From the IMG/VR virus record IMGVR_UViG_3300023105_000006: DNA of 64,000 nt; one strand, given 5' to 3'. This document shows, piece by piece, positions 8,178 to 17,759 of the stretch. Numbering within the stretch: the first letter of the stretch is position 1; each line of letters begins with the position of its first letter. The notes under the pieces are model-generated. The model had not been told where the DNA came from, did no database searches, and was given only the letters and a program-made list of their open reading frames with translations. The stretch comes from an uncultured virus (IMG/VR IMGVR_UViG_3300023105_000006). Lineage: Duplodnaviria; Heunggongvirae; Uroviricota; Caudoviricetes. Position numbers and translations under genes: made by a program.

Positions 8178-8958
8178 GTTTCACGATCTCCCGAAATGCT
8201 TTTACATTATAAATTATATCATCAATATTGATTTCTTTCAAGCCCATATCTACAAATTCATCAAATTTTATTTTAGGCTTATGCTCAATTGGATATCTAT
8301 CGCCATCAATGGCTGCTGCAATAGGATTAGAAGTATCAACAGAATATATCCAATCCTGTTCATGATAATAACCGAACTCTTGAGCCCACCAAGTACCTAA
8401 TAGATGGTGTTTAGTTGTCTTACGAATTACACCCTCATTCAATAACATATCAATAAGGTCTACGCGTTCCAATGCATGTGATACGGGATTTAGGTTTCTA
8501 CGAAATGCCCAATTAAAACAAAACGGAATACCAATCATTGCCAGGTTTGGACAATTCTCATCAAACCATTCATAACAGTCTTTAAACTCTTTTGGAGTAT
8601 CACCCTGTACCACAGCCATTGCTTTGGATTCTAATTCAGGATAATTGTTTAAGAAGTCATGTGACCTATCAATTGTCTCTTCCATATTACCCAACACATC
8701 AGGTAATACAAATACATCAGGTTTAATCTTTTCTACATATTCTACAATAAGTTCATTAGAGAGAGCAGCACCCAACTCAAAGCAACTATTATCAAGAATG
8801 GTAAAACCCTTATAAGAATCCACAATACTCCTATAACGATCGTCAGACATATAACGATGTAAAAGAACGAAAAGATAGTCGTTAATGTCATAATCTCCAG
8901 CATGTTCAGCCTCAGCTAAAGAGTGTGGTATCTCGTGAGAGATCAGTGGTAAATTCAT
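8170..8958 (-). CDS. dpdA: TGT-fold DNA 7-deazaguanine transglycosylase (DpdA-like)
   Basis: ILDNS, VLPDVLG, AVVQG, IGIP, HLLG, SVDTS motifs of the TGT barrel; embedded among que genes. Confidence 0.7.
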   Translation of the reverse strand: MNLPLISHEIPHSLAEAEHAGDYDINDYLFVLLHRYMSDDRYRSIVDSYKGFTILDNSCFELGAALSNELIVEYVEKIKPDVFVLPDVLGNMEETIDRSHDFLNNYPELESKAMAVVQGDTPKEFKDCYEWFDENCPNLAMIGIPFCFNWAFRRNLNPVSHALERVDLIDMLLNEGVIRKTTKHHLLGTWWAQEFGYYHEQDWIYSVDTSNPIAAAIDGDRYPIEHKPKIKFDEFVDMGLKEINIDDIIYNVKAFREIVKRD

Positions 8959-9376
8959 ATAAAAATTCCTTCAATTCATTTGGATAACCATATAACACAT
9001 TAAGTTCTGTATTCGGTCTATCCATAGATAATAAAGCTTTTTTAGAAGAAGTCAAGTCTACAAATACATAGACCGGCTTAATCTTATTAACATGTAACAT
9101 TTTTTTGAGAGATGTATCTGTAATCTTAGCAAGCTTGGGGTCTCTTGCATTTTCCATCATGGGAACCATACCACAAGCCTGATACCAAGAATTAATACCC
9201 TTTACTTCTATATATACTGATCCAATGTCAAAGTCTGGCGTATAACGACCATGAGGTGTTTCTACAAACTTGCCTCTCTTAACATTAAATCCTAAATCAA
9301 ATAAAGCCTGGCAGGTACGAGCCTCGGTTTTACCCTGACACTTAATACCGTTGACTTCGGTCCACTTTGCAAACAT
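8912..9376 (-). CDS. PD-(D/E)xK endonuclease (T7 endo I-like)
   Basis: YTPDF...YIEVKG catalytic motif. Confidence 0.7.
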   Translation of the reverse strand: MFAKWTEVNGIKCQGKTEARTCQALFDLGFNVKRGKFVETPHGRYTPDFDIGSVYIEVKGINSWYQACGMVPMMENARDPKLAKITDTSLKKMLHVNKIKPVYVFVDLTSSKKALLSMDRPNTELNVLYGYPNELKEFLYEFTTDLSRDTTLFS

Positions 9377-9783
9377 TAATCCTCTAGAGCTTTTTTCAAC
9401 TTATCCATAAAATCAGTATGTGCTTTAGGTACAGACTTATATTGAAATCCATACTTACGTTTAGATAGATCTTTATAGACTAATTTAAGATCATCCTTAG
9501 ACATCTTTGAAAGATCATTTTCATTATCAGCAGTATTAGAATACTTAGACTTATTAGCCTCAAGCTTAGATACAGCATCAACAAACTTCTGTCGCTTGTC
9601 ATCTTTATAAGCAACACCTGTCATCTTTAGCCAATTATGAACTCTTCCATAATTATGAACATTCTTATTACGATTAAGAAAATTCAATACATATTTAATC
9701 TTTGCATCAACATCTTTGATCTTACGTACCTGTGTACGTGTCAACTGCCAATGTATGTTAAACTTATTAGCCTTATTAGACAC
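9376..9783 (-). CDS. Basic hypothetical protein
   Basis: Coupled ORF; WQxxR...RVxNWL motif shared with 10666..11001. Confidence 0.7.
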   Translation of the reverse strand: MSNKANKFNIHWQLTRTQVRKIKDVDAKIKYVLNFLNRNKNVHNYGRVHNWLKMTGVAYKDDKRQKFVDAVSKLEANKSKYSNTADNENDLSKMSKDDLKLVYKDLSKRKYGFQYKSVPKAHTDFMDKLKKALED

Positions 9784-9988
9784 TTAGACCTTCTCCCGAG
9801 AACATATAGTTAGTAGCATACTTATCTACCTGATTATTTGATTTTAACATACTTACCTTAGTCTTGGCAAGCTTTTTTGTTTCTTTTTTTGCATGAGATG
9901 TTTCAATCAAACGATACATAGCTTCTTTTTTCTTTTCAAGAGTAGGAGCTACGAACACTGCATTAACATATACTTCAAGATTCTTCAT
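9776..9988 (-). CDS. Hypothetical protein
   Basis: Overlapping operonic ORF with GGAG RBS. Confidence 0.65.
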   Translation of the reverse strand: MKNLEVYVNAVFVAPTLEKKKEAMYRLIETSHAKKETKKLAKTKVSMLKSNNQVDKYATNYMFSGEGLSV

Positions 9989-10436
9989 TAAGATTATTCT
10001 CCACTAACCATTCTAAATTTGCTTCCCAATCTTCTTTAAACTTACCGTATTGATCAGGAGCCACTTTCATGAGACGTTTCTTTTGCTTGTAATTATGACT
10101 ACCAGGTTTAGATTTCATTTTCCAAAATGAAGCACGTTCTGGTCTTGGTTTATTAGCATCAGGATCTAACTTACGACCATACATCTTAGCAATCTTTGAT
10201 GGTGAATGAAAATCACCTACTACTGACCAAGGCTCATGCTTAGGATCTTTCTTTTTTGCTATATCATGATTCATAACAGTTCTTGTAGAACCATCACTTG
10301 ATTTCAAACCAATTGAATAACGATTAATACCTTTACGAGATGTTCCTGTGACTGTCCAAGTCTTGCCTTTAGGATCTTTCAACTTAATGTCTTTAAGAAC
10401 TTGTCCGCCTTTGTTCTTTAATAACACATATACCAT
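9975..10436 (-). CDS. Lys-rich hypothetical protein
   Basis: 153 aa, highly basic with acidic tail. Confidence 0.65.
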   Translation of the reverse strand: MVYVLLKNKGGQVLKDIKLKDPKGKTWTVTGTSRKGINRYSIGLKSSDGSTRTVMNHDIAKKKDPKHEPWSVVGDFHSPSKIAKMYGRKLDPDANKPRPERASFWKMKSKPGSHNYKQKKRLMKVAPDQYGKFKEDWEANLEWLVENNLNEES

Positions 10437-10438
10437 AA

Positions 10439-10666
10439 CTAACCTTTATATACTTTACCCGCCTTACGTGCGCGTATACTCGCTCTACGACCCGCTGCTG
10501 CCTTGGCATTAAACTTAGCGGCGCCCATTCTCTTACGACCAGCAGCAGCTGCTATAGCACCTGCTTTCTTATAATCAACACCGGCTGACTTAGCTATCTT
10601 CTTTACAAAGACTGACTTACCAGCAGCATCCTTAGGCCCTTCTGAGAATTGCTTGAACGTCTTCAT
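10439..10666 (-). CDS. Small basic protein, possible internal head protein
   Basis: N-terminus MKTFKQFSE resembles the T4 capsid-targeting sequence; Ala/Lys/Arg-rich body. Confidence 0.6.
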   Translation of the reverse strand: MKTFKQFSEGPKDAAGKSVFVKKIAKSAGVDYKKAGAIAAAAGRKRMGAAKFNAKAAAGRRASIRARKAGKVYKG

Positions 10667-11001
10667 TAGATCTCTCCTGTCTTATATCTTGGATCTTCTG
10701 GATCCCATTCTTCTCCAAGCATATTGCGCCATACAATACGAACATCACGACGAAGAGCATCTGTTTCTTTTTGACCTTTTGTATGGCCTACACGATGAAC
10801 AGATCCTGTCAATACATTTACAAGACGACGAATCGCTAAAGGATTATCATTATATTTATCAAAGTATTCTCTTAGCAGATTTACATTCTGAACATGATTA
10901 TTTTTCCAATTGCCAATGAGAGCCTTACGAACAGCTTGCCATTCAGCATCATCAACAACTGCTTTAATATTCATACCCTTTACTGTCTTAGCATCTAACA
11001 T
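10666..11001 (-). CDS. Hypothetical protein
   Basis: AGGAGG RBS, own promoter; WQxxR...RLxNVL motif. Confidence 0.75.
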   Translation of the reverse strand: MLDAKTVKGMNIKAVVDDAEWQAVRKALIGNWKNNHVQNVNLLREYFDKYNDNPLAIRRLVNVLTGSVHRVGHTKGQKETDALRRDVRIVWRNMLGEEWDPEDPRYKTGEI

Positions 11002-11020
11002 AAAAAAAATCCTCCTTCTG

Positions 11021-11057
11021 ATATTATTAATATAATACCAAAAAGAGGATAAGTCAA
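11021..11057 (-). promoter_or_regulatory. Early sigma70-type promoter
   Basis: TTGACT-17nt-TATATT-AATAATAT. Confidence 0.7.
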
Positions 11058-11081
11058 GGGTTAGAAAGGATATTTTTTAAT

Positions 11082-11774
11082 TTATTTTGAATTTAATTCC
11101 TGCATACGCACATTGTCAAAGAACTCACCTTTAGCATGAGGCGTATTAAACAATCCTTTGAGAACTGTAGTCTGTGTTAATGAGCTAGTAGCCATGATAC
11201 CACGATTCTCACAGCAACCATGCTTAGCCTGAATATAAACAGCCACATTCTCTGATTCTGTGGCTAGCATAATCTCACGAGCAATATCATTACATAGTTC
11301 TTCTTGTAGAGTACCACGACGAGCACACCACTGAGCAATACGTGTATACTTAGATAGACCAATAACCTTATCTGTAGGAATAATACCAATATAGGCAACA
11401 CCAGTAACAGGTTGGTGATGATGACTACACATGGACTTTAGTTCTGAACGAACCGTAAGCATACCATGATAAGCAGACTTACCTGTATTAGGAAATGCTG
11501 TAGCAGATGGGGCAGGATCATAACGACCTGCCATAATTTCATTATAATACATCTTGGCCAATCGTTTAGCCGTTCCCATAGAGTTAGGATCATTATGCCG
11601 ATCAATCAATAATGTATCAAGAACCTTTTCAAAGGCTGCTGTAGCCTCTTCAATTAGTTTTTCTTTTTCACCGTCTTCAATAAAGTCTGAGATATTATCT
11701 CCAGCCCAATATCTACCCTTGGCATCCTCAATCCGTTTACGAATAACGGCTGATGTGTCTTTAGTCTTTAGCAT
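11082..11774 (-). CDS. folE: GTP cyclohydrolase I
   Basis: SMCSHH, IGLSKYTRI, LQEEL, HGCCENRG. Start moved to ATG 11774 (AAGGA RBS). Confidence 0.93.
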   Translation of the reverse strand: MLKTKDTSAVIRKRIEDAKGRYWAGDNISDFIEDGEKEKLIEEATAAFEKVLDTLLIDRHNDPNSMGTAKRLAKMYYNEIMAGRYDPAPSATAFPNTGKSAYHGMLTVRSELKSMCSHHHQPVTGVAYIGIIPTDKVIGLSKYTRIAQWCARRGTLQEELCNDIAREIMLATESENVAVYIQAKHGCCENRGIMATSSLTQTTVLKGLFNTPHAKGEFFDNVRMQELNSK

Positions 11775-12150
11775 TGTTTTTATATTCCTTAAAGATTTCA
11801 AAGATTGTTTGAATTTCGTCATAATTCCATTTACGCATTTCTGTAATGCCACTTATCTGACGAGGTTCATACCAATTATGAAAATACTTATCGCCCGCAG
11901 TATTGGCAATACTATCCATAATACGCTTCTCGATAGATTCAGCTTCTTCTTTACTATAAACACGTTGTGTGGATGTCATAATTTTAATATCTTGGAAGAC
12001 AGATGTCACCGGGTTAGGTTCATCTTCTCCAGTATATCGTAAACGTCTTTCAGCATCATTAGATGATGTTATACCAACCTTATAGACTGTGGTCGGTAAT
12101 CCATTCTCACGAATTTCACGTTTTAGTTTTGCTAGGTATACTTTGTACAT
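11761..12150 (-). CDS. GIY-YIG-like nuclease
   Basis: YKVYL...VYKVGIT...AERRL...AESIE pattern of the GIY-YIG superfamily. Confidence 0.5.
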   Translation of the reverse strand: MYKVYLAKLKREIRENGLPTTVYKVGITSSNDAERRLRYTGEDEPNPVTSVFQDIKIMTSTQRVYSKEEAESIEKRIMDSIANTAGDKYFHNWYEPRQISGITEMRKWNYDEIQTIFEIFKEYKNNAKD

Positions 12151-12152
12151 GT

Positions 12153-12716
12153 TTATCCCTTTCTCACAAAGTTGCGCCATTTAAGAGCCTTGGAAGAACA
12201 GCGCTTCCTAATAATGTCCCAAGGCAATCCGGTAGCATCAGATGCTAGCTGGATATTCTCATACACAGAATCGTCGATCACATAAGTGCTATAAAAGTAT
12301 CTAGGTGCTGTGCCCTGATCTTTTACTAATTCAATACCTGCTAATAGATATTGATCTTGCCAAGATTTATCTCTTGTGTCTCGACCATTTTGAATAGGAG
12401 AAAGTCTAATATTCTCTTCGGATGTTACTAGGTGAACCTTAGTACATTCACCTAGTATCTTTACTATATCATCATACGATGGATTCTCTTCAACTATACG
12501 CTTACCTACTTGCTGACGAGAATGATAATGTTCTTCACAGAACGAAGAAGATCTAAAGCCATATTCATCCACTAATGACTTTGATACTAAACCTGACTTA
12601 GTTGTCGATACTTCATATATGATTGTACCGACAGCTCTGGCTAAATTATTATCAGGTACGATACCCTTCTTGGTCAACAAAGCAGAAATAAGATGAGCTC
12701 CAAGATACTTATCCAT
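12153..12716 (-). CDS. Putative HNH-like endonuclease with C-terminal HTH/NUMOD-like tail
   Basis: EEHYHSR...HLVTSEENIRL beta-beta-alpha-like spacing; C-terminal YENIQLASDATGLPWDIIRKRC. Confidence 0.4.
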   Translation of the reverse strand: MDKYLGAHLISALLTKKGIVPDNNLARAVGTIIYEVSTTKSGLVSKSLVDEYGFRSSSFCEEHYHSRQQVGKRIVEENPSYDDIVKILGECTKVHLVTSEENIRLSPIQNGRDTRDKSWQDQYLLAGIELVKDQGTAPRYFYSTYVIDDSVYENIQLASDATGLPWDIIRKRCSSKALKWRNFVRKG

Positions 12717-12734
12717 GATGTCCTCCGTTCCTAT

Positions 12735-12769
12735 AATATTAATATAGGATCATTCGTACTTGAAGTCAC
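12735..12769 (-). promoter_or_regulatory. Early sigma70-type promoter
   Basis: GTGACT-17nt-TATATT-AATATTAT. Confidence 0.6.
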
Positions 12770-13031
12770 GGGCTTTCTCAAATATTTTTGACCATTTTTT
12801 TAATTTTTCTTTCTTTTGATATGATCTCATATTTGCAATTGACCTATTTGCCAATTTGTATTCAAAGCAAAGATCAATCAAGCACATCACATCTCCAAGC
12901 TCTTCTTGGAATTGTTTTGAAGGATAACTATTCCTACGTTTCATCTTCATGATCTCTTGTATGAGCTCTGCGGACTCTTCGGCAAGAATAGTTACGATCT
13001 CTTCTTCAAGTGTCTCAAAGTCTCGAATCAT
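12750..13031 (-). CDS. MazG-like NTP pyrophosphohydrolase
   Basis: LAEESAELIQE...EELGDV all-alpha motif. Confidence 0.75.
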   Translation of the reverse strand: MIRDFETLEEEIVTILAEESAELIQEIMKMKRRNSYPSKQFQEELGDVMCLIDLCFEYKLANRSIANMRSYQKKEKLKKWSKIFEKARDFKYE

Positions 13032-13897
13032 GCAAAGCTCGCAAATAGATGCAATTGCATTTGGAAGATGTAACCATGATCTAATGCATAACGAGCTGCA
13101 TGTTCATGGTTCTTTTGATTGGCATCCATATTAAATAGATCTTTCTCCCACCAAGACACAACTTCATCTACAGTAGATCGTTCTTCTAGATCCATCTTAT
13201 TCTTACCAGCTCGTATGGCCTTAGCCTTCTCTGGTTCTTTATTATAGATGTTCATAGGCGAGATGTAGATATCACGTCCAGTCTCTTTATGCCATTCATG
13301 AGCCCAATCAGGAATAGATTGATATGGAGAATCAAATTCATCTTGATCCTCTACAATAAACTTTAGACAATCAGCACGAGCCAATGTATCCTTATTGGGT
13401 TCCATATACTTTGTAGGAATATAACGCTTAAAGCCTAATGAGATATCAACCTTCTCATTACACTTAGGAGAGATTACTACAGTAGTACGATCTGGAACAT
13501 CAGGAGCAAATACACCATTAGACTCGATCTGTGTGGCTCCAAACTTCTCGGATGCATATTCTAATAGAGGTTTAATCTTCTGCAGAGATGGTTCTCCACC
13601 AGTAACAACAAATACCATACGATCCCAAATACCTTCAGGTACATTATTGTCATAATACTTTTCTACTTCTAGTACACCGGCCAATATAACTTCTTCGACG
13701 GTCATCCAATCACCATCATCAAAGAATGCATCACACCAAGAGCAACCAAGATTGCATTTAGCTAGACGAACAAATAATGCAGGCATACCACGATATGGAC
13801 CTTCTCCCTGCATAGTATAAAAAACACTAGTGACAAATAACTTGTCACCAGCATCTTCGAAATATTTTTTTCCTACAATTTCATTTAGACCAAACAT
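13028..13897 (-). CDS. queE: 7-carboxy-7-deazaguanine synthase (radical SAM)
   Basis: TMQGEG, FVRLAKCNLGCSWCD, VTGGEP, IESNG, ISPK. Confidence 0.93.
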   Translation of the reverse strand: MFGLNEIVGKKYFEDAGDKLFVTSVFYTMQGEGPYRGMPALFVRLAKCNLGCSWCDAFFDDGDWMTVEEVILAGVLEVEKYYDNNVPEGIWDRMVFVVTGGEPSLQKIKPLLEYASEKFGATQIESNGVFAPDVPDRTTVVISPKCNEKVDISLGFKRYIPTKYMEPNKDTLARADCLKFIVEDQDEFDSPYQSIPDWAHEWHKETGRDIYISPMNIYNKEPEKAKAIRAGKNKMDLEERSTVDEVVSWWEKDLFNMDANQKNHEHAARYALDHGYIFQMQLHLFASFA

Positions 13898-13900
13898 ATA

Positions 13901-14344
13901 TCACCCATAATAGATTGCTGAGTTAGCACCATGTTCCATGCATTCAACTGATATTACCCAACACCGATTATCCGTCATTTCCCTCACTAGCTTATCGGCA
14001 AAGTCATATGCATGCTTAGCAAAACGTTCTACTCCAACACCGTCTAAAACAGTAAGTTCCGCTAGACCTGCATCTGCTAGCATTTCAAATTTTACCATTT
14101 CTGGATCATCAGCATCTAATACTACCTTATGATCAAATGTATCCTCTAGCCAGGCCTTTAGAGGTTTAAGACCACCAAAGTCTACAACCCAATTGCGTTC
14201 ATCAAGCTCTGCTGCTTGGAATGTAAAACGAAACGCCAAACTGTATCCATGTAAAAATCTACAGTGCGAATGCGCTTTTGGTTGTCGAAAGCATGCCGAC
14301 AGGCCAATGTTATGACCGTATGTCTTAGTTGATTGATATGGCAT
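13901..14344 (-). CDS. queD: 6-carboxytetrahydropterin synthase
   Basis: HSHCRFLHGY, WVVDFGGLK, FDH motifs. Confidence 0.93.
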   Translation of the reverse strand: MPYQSTKTYGHNIGLSACFRQPKAHSHCRFLHGYSLAFRFTFQAAELDERNWVVDFGGLKPLKAWLEDTFDHKVVLDADDPEMVKFEMLADAGLAELTVLDGVGVERFAKHAYDFADKLVREMTDNRCWVISVECMEHGANSAIYYG

Positions 14345-14577
14345 TATAATAATGTTCCTTCATAATGTGGATCGATTTTCTTAATTCCTAGAGCCCAGTT
14401 TTCAGCTGCATCTTCTACATAACGCAAAGACTTACCAATAAATTCTTCTGTGTGAAACCATTTTGCAGCATCTTTTTTATAATACTTAATATAAAAGAAT
14501 TCTTCTTTATAGTCAACATGTATTTCACAATATTCTGATTCATCATCTTTATAAAATGTAGATAGATGTTTACCCAT
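14344..14577 (-). CDS. Hypothetical protein
   Basis: AGGAGG RBS; SLRYVEDAAENW motif. Confidence 0.7.
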   Translation of the reverse strand: MGKHLSTFYKDDESEYCEIHVDYKEEFFYIKYYKKDAAKWFHTEEFIGKSLRYVEDAAENWALGIKKIDPHYEGTLL

Positions 14578-15267
14578 TTAGTCCTCCTTAATAAAATCTA
14601 TTGCTTTGGGATAGATCTGACTAATAGCCTTTGCTACTTCGACGGCTAGTTCCATATGTTCTTTTTGTGTCCCATTTGCAGAACGTAACTCGATATAATG
14701 AATCCAACTACGAATGGTACCATTAACATAGAGCCGACTAACTGTGTTACCTTCTGGCAAGACTGCTCTTGCTTGTTCCTTTGCGATTCCATTTTCTATT
14801 GCCCAGTTGTATGCCATTTTAGCTGTTTCAATAACAGCCATTTGTTTATTCCACCATTCGTTTTCTAATTCTGAATCTTCATTATCAATACTGTTCTGGC
14901 GGTTCTTAGGATCTTGTAGCCGAGCATCCCTTAAAACAAAATCGCCATCAAGATCGCGAATGTCAGCATACCGCTGAGAAAACTCTTGAAATGAAAATGA
15001 ACGATGGCGGAGGATTTGCCTTGCGATATCTCTGGTTGTTTCGATTTCGATACAGGCTGATGCCATTTCGAATGGTGACCAGTGTTTGTGTTTAATGAGG
15101 TAGTCAAGTAGCTTTGGTGTTGTTTTGGTGTTAGCCTGGTTCGCTGGATTGGAGACACGGGCGCAATACGCGATGAGGTCTTGGATGTTATCAAGCCCCT
15201 TGAATGCAGGTTCTCCACTGTGGATACGACCGCCGGGTTGGCTATAGGATATAAGCTTTGCATGCAT
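14578..15267 (-). CDS. thyX: Flavin-dependent thymidylate synthase
   Basis: HWSPFE, RQILRHRSFSFQEFSQRY, ARAVLP. Confidence 0.95.
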   Translation of the reverse strand: MHAKLISYSQPGGRIHSGEPAFKGLDNIQDLIAYCARVSNPANQANTKTTPKLLDYLIKHKHWSPFEMASACIEIETTRDIARQILRHRSFSFQEFSQRYADIRDLDGDFVLRDARLQDPKNRQNSIDNEDSELENEWWNKQMAVIETAKMAYNWAIENGIAKEQARAVLPEGNTVSRLYVNGTIRSWIHYIELRSANGTQKEHMELAVEVAKAISQIYPKAIDFIKED

Positions 15268-15383
15268 TATTTGCCTTGGCCTCGATACTTTTTAAAACCA
15301 CGCTTCTTACTTTTATTCATACTAGACATCTTTACATTACGTTGACCAATACTGGTCTTTTTATAGTTACGATTAACGGCCAT
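15267..15383 (-). CDS. Small basic protein, 38 aa (not in ORF track)
   Basis: MAVNRNYKKTSIGQRNVKMSSMNKSKKRGFKKYRGQGK*; TAATG coupling with thyX. Confidence 0.7.
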   Translation of the reverse strand: MAVNRNYKKTSIGQRNVKMSSMNKSKKRGFKKYRGQGK

Positions 15384-15558
15384 TCTTTCTGTTCTCCATA
15401 TCAATAAACAAACATTCCATACTCTGGTTCTTACCAGTTACTAATACAATAGCATCTTCGTATGCATTCTTACAATCTCGTTCTTGTTCATAACTTCCTA
15501 AATGATAGAAGTTTATATTCTGTGAAGCGGCTAATTCAAGCCATACTAAAATCCACAT
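15373..15558 (-). CDS. Hypothetical protein
   Basis: AGGAG RBS; MWILVW start. Confidence 0.6.
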   Translation of the reverse strand: MWILVWLELAASQNINFYHLGSYEQERDCKNAYEDAIVLVTGKNQSMECLFIDMENRKNGR

Positions 15559-15566
15559 ACTCTCTC

Positions 15567-16127
15567 CTATGGAATAAAATTAAGATTAATTACATAACGT
15601 GGCACCTTAGTTGATGTAGTGCCTTTATGTTCAGTGTCTTGAGCAAATTTAATCGCTGAACCACTTACACTTGGAAATGTCTCTTGCACATCTTTTAAAC
15701 GTGTATATCCATCACAAGTATTAACATAATATACAGCGGACTTTATATCTGGTGAAGCTGCATGTTCATCTACATGATATTGAAATTCTGTAACTTCATC
15801 TGTTGGAAAAGTACAATTAATTTTAATACGTTGTATAGCGGTTGGCTCTTTTCCATCATTTAAAGCCTTTAAAATATCATTACATATAAGTTTTATTCTT
15901 TCGTCATCTGTATACCAAAAACCATGATAATAAACATCATGAACATTCATATATTTTCCATCACCGGGAAAATCTACTCCATCAGCAATTATCCATCTTT
16001 GATGTTTAACAATTTCTTCAATGTCAACTATTTGCTCCTCTGATAGAAGTTGTTCATATTTTTCAACAGCAGGAGAAGCATTTAACATCTGATCCATCAT
16101 TCCCATAAATTGCATTGGATTACTCAT
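15567..16127 (-). CDS. 2OG-Fe(II) oxygenase
   Basis: YHVD, SAVYYVNTCDGYT, EHKG, RYVINLNF (HxD...H...R). Confidence 0.8.
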   Translation of the reverse strand: MSNPMQFMGMMDQMLNASPAVEKYEQLLSEEQIVDIEEIVKHQRWIIADGVDFPGDGKYMNVHDVYYHGFWYTDDERIKLICNDILKALNDGKEPTAIQRIKINCTFPTDEVTEFQYHVDEHAASPDIKSAVYYVNTCDGYTRLKDVQETFPSVSGSAIKFAQDTEHKGTTSTKVPRYVINLNFIP

Positions 16128-17515
16128 TGTATTTTAAAATCCTTAAATCTTTCATTCATCTCTGATTTGTCAAACGCAGGTCTGTCATCAACTACACCTT
16201 CTTCGGGATTATCTACATCGAACAATCTCATACGAGATCGATCAATACCCAATACAAATCGTTTTTTATTATTAGGGTCATTATATCTATTCTTTAATTG
16301 TTTTACCATTACCTGACCAAGAGATTCTAATTCCTCTGATGATATCAAAGCAAACATAAGATCTGCTGTTGCAGGTAAACCAAATGATTCAGACGTATCT
16401 TCCAGCCCAGGATCAGAACTCGTAAAGCCAGAACGTGTGGTCTGAGTAGCAGATACAATTGGCACATCAAACTCCACTGCAAGTCCTCTTAACTCTTCTG
16501 CAATAGCCTTAATATATGTGTAAGAGTTAATAGATCCTCCTAAGCCCTTCATTCTACTTGAAGCACATATATTAAGATAATCAATAAAAATCATATCAGG
16601 TTCAAAGTTGCGTTTAAGTTTTAACTCATTAAGCAATGCACGAAAATGACCACAATGAGCAGAACCAGTTGGATACTCTTTAATAATTAATTTACCATTA
16701 GTTCTAGATGCAATATCATCTACCTTGGTAGTCAACATCGCTTTAGACACATGTTGTAATTGATCTAATGGTATGTTAAGTAGGTTAGCATCAATACGTT
16801 CTGCAATACGTTCTTCGGCCATCTCCATTGTAATATATAGTACATTTTTACCTTGACTCAATACAGAACCAGCGACATGACACATAAACAAAGATTTACC
16901 CACACCAGTACCAGCAAGGCAAATATTAAGAGTTTTATTTGGCAAACCACCTTTAGTAATGGTATTAAAGTAATCCAAATCAAATGGTATACGATCTTCA
17001 TCGGCATGATAAAAATCATATCGAGATTCTACATCTTCAATATAGTCGTGGCCTACTGATGGATCAAAGGTAACGGATAGAGCATCCTGTAATAAAGTAG
17101 GTAATGCATTCTTGGTAAGTGATTTATGTTTACCATCAATAATACTTATGCTTTCCATAATAGCATTGTGTATGGCTCTATCCTGACACCACTTCTCTGT
17201 AGTATCATATAACCAATCACCATTTACATCTTCGACATGAAATATGTTAGGTAGTATTTCAATTGCATGTCTATACTGTTCATCACTAAACTTGTCTGAT
17301 TGATTTATTTCAATCTGAAAGGCTTCTAACGATGGAAGTTTATTATACTTGGCTACATACTTAGCAACTTGATTAAATAACTGTCTATAGACTCCTTCAA
17401 AGTATTCAACCTTTATAAAAGGCAAAACCTTACGCATGTAAGGTTCATTAGTAAGTATATTTCGCAATACCGTTTGTTCGATGTTATGATTCACCAGTCT
17501 TTGCCTCTTGTTCAA
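16124..17515 (-). CDS. gp41: Replicative DNA helicase, T4 gp41 (start likely GTG 17494)
   Basis: AGTGVGKS Walker A, FIDYLNIC, SATQTTRSG, SESFGLPATAD, QLKNRY. Confidence 0.95.
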   Translation of the reverse strand: MNKRQRLVNHNIEQTVLRNILTNEPYMRKVLPFIKVEYFEGVYRQLFNQVAKYVAKYNKLPSLEAFQIEINQSDKFSDEQYRHAIEILPNIFHVEDVNGDWLYDTTEKWCQDRAIHNAIMESISIIDGKHKSLTKNALPTLLQDALSVTFDPSVGHDYIEDVESRYDFYHADEDRIPFDLDYFNTITKGGLPNKTLNICLAGTGVGKSLFMCHVAGSVLSQGKNVLYITMEMAEERIAERIDANLLNIPLDQLQHVSKAMLTTKVDDIASRTNGKLIIKEYPTGSAHCGHFRALLNELKLKRNFEPDMIFIDYLNICASSRMKGLGGSINSYTYIKAIAEELRGLAVEFDVPIVSATQTTRSGFTSSDPGLEDTSESFGLPATADLMFALISSEELESLGQVMVKQLKNRYNDPNNKKRFVLGIDRSRMRLFDVDNPEEGVVDDRPAFDKSEMNERFKDFKIQ

Positions 17516-17759
17516 TCATTTGATCTATTATACTAAGTAAAATGTTTCCTGTCAACTGGTGCCATTCTAAATTATTATCATAATCTTCTTCTACGGGACT
17601 ATAAATTATTTCAGTTGAATAATTAAGGCTCTCACCATTTTCTGCCACTTTGATAGCGCCAAAATTAAAAACGGTTTCTGTAAAATCACCCTGCATTATT
17701 CTGATATCCCAACCATCATTATCATTTGGGATTAATTCATAATGTTCGTTTTCTATCAT
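17484..17759 (-). CDS. Hypothetical protein at the gp40 position
   Basis: Lies between uvsX and gp41, as T4 gp40 does; synteny only. Confidence 0.5.
   Translation of the reverse strand: MIENEHYELIPNDNDGWDIRIMQGDFTETVFNFGAIKVAENGESLNYSTEIIYSPVEEDYDNNLEWHQLTGNILLSIIDQMIEQEAKTGES

Noticed and set aside
11554..12042. 162-aa plus-strand ORF and other short plus-strand ORFs across the window
   Set aside because: Antisense to well-supported minus-strand genes; no promoters, RBS or motifs.
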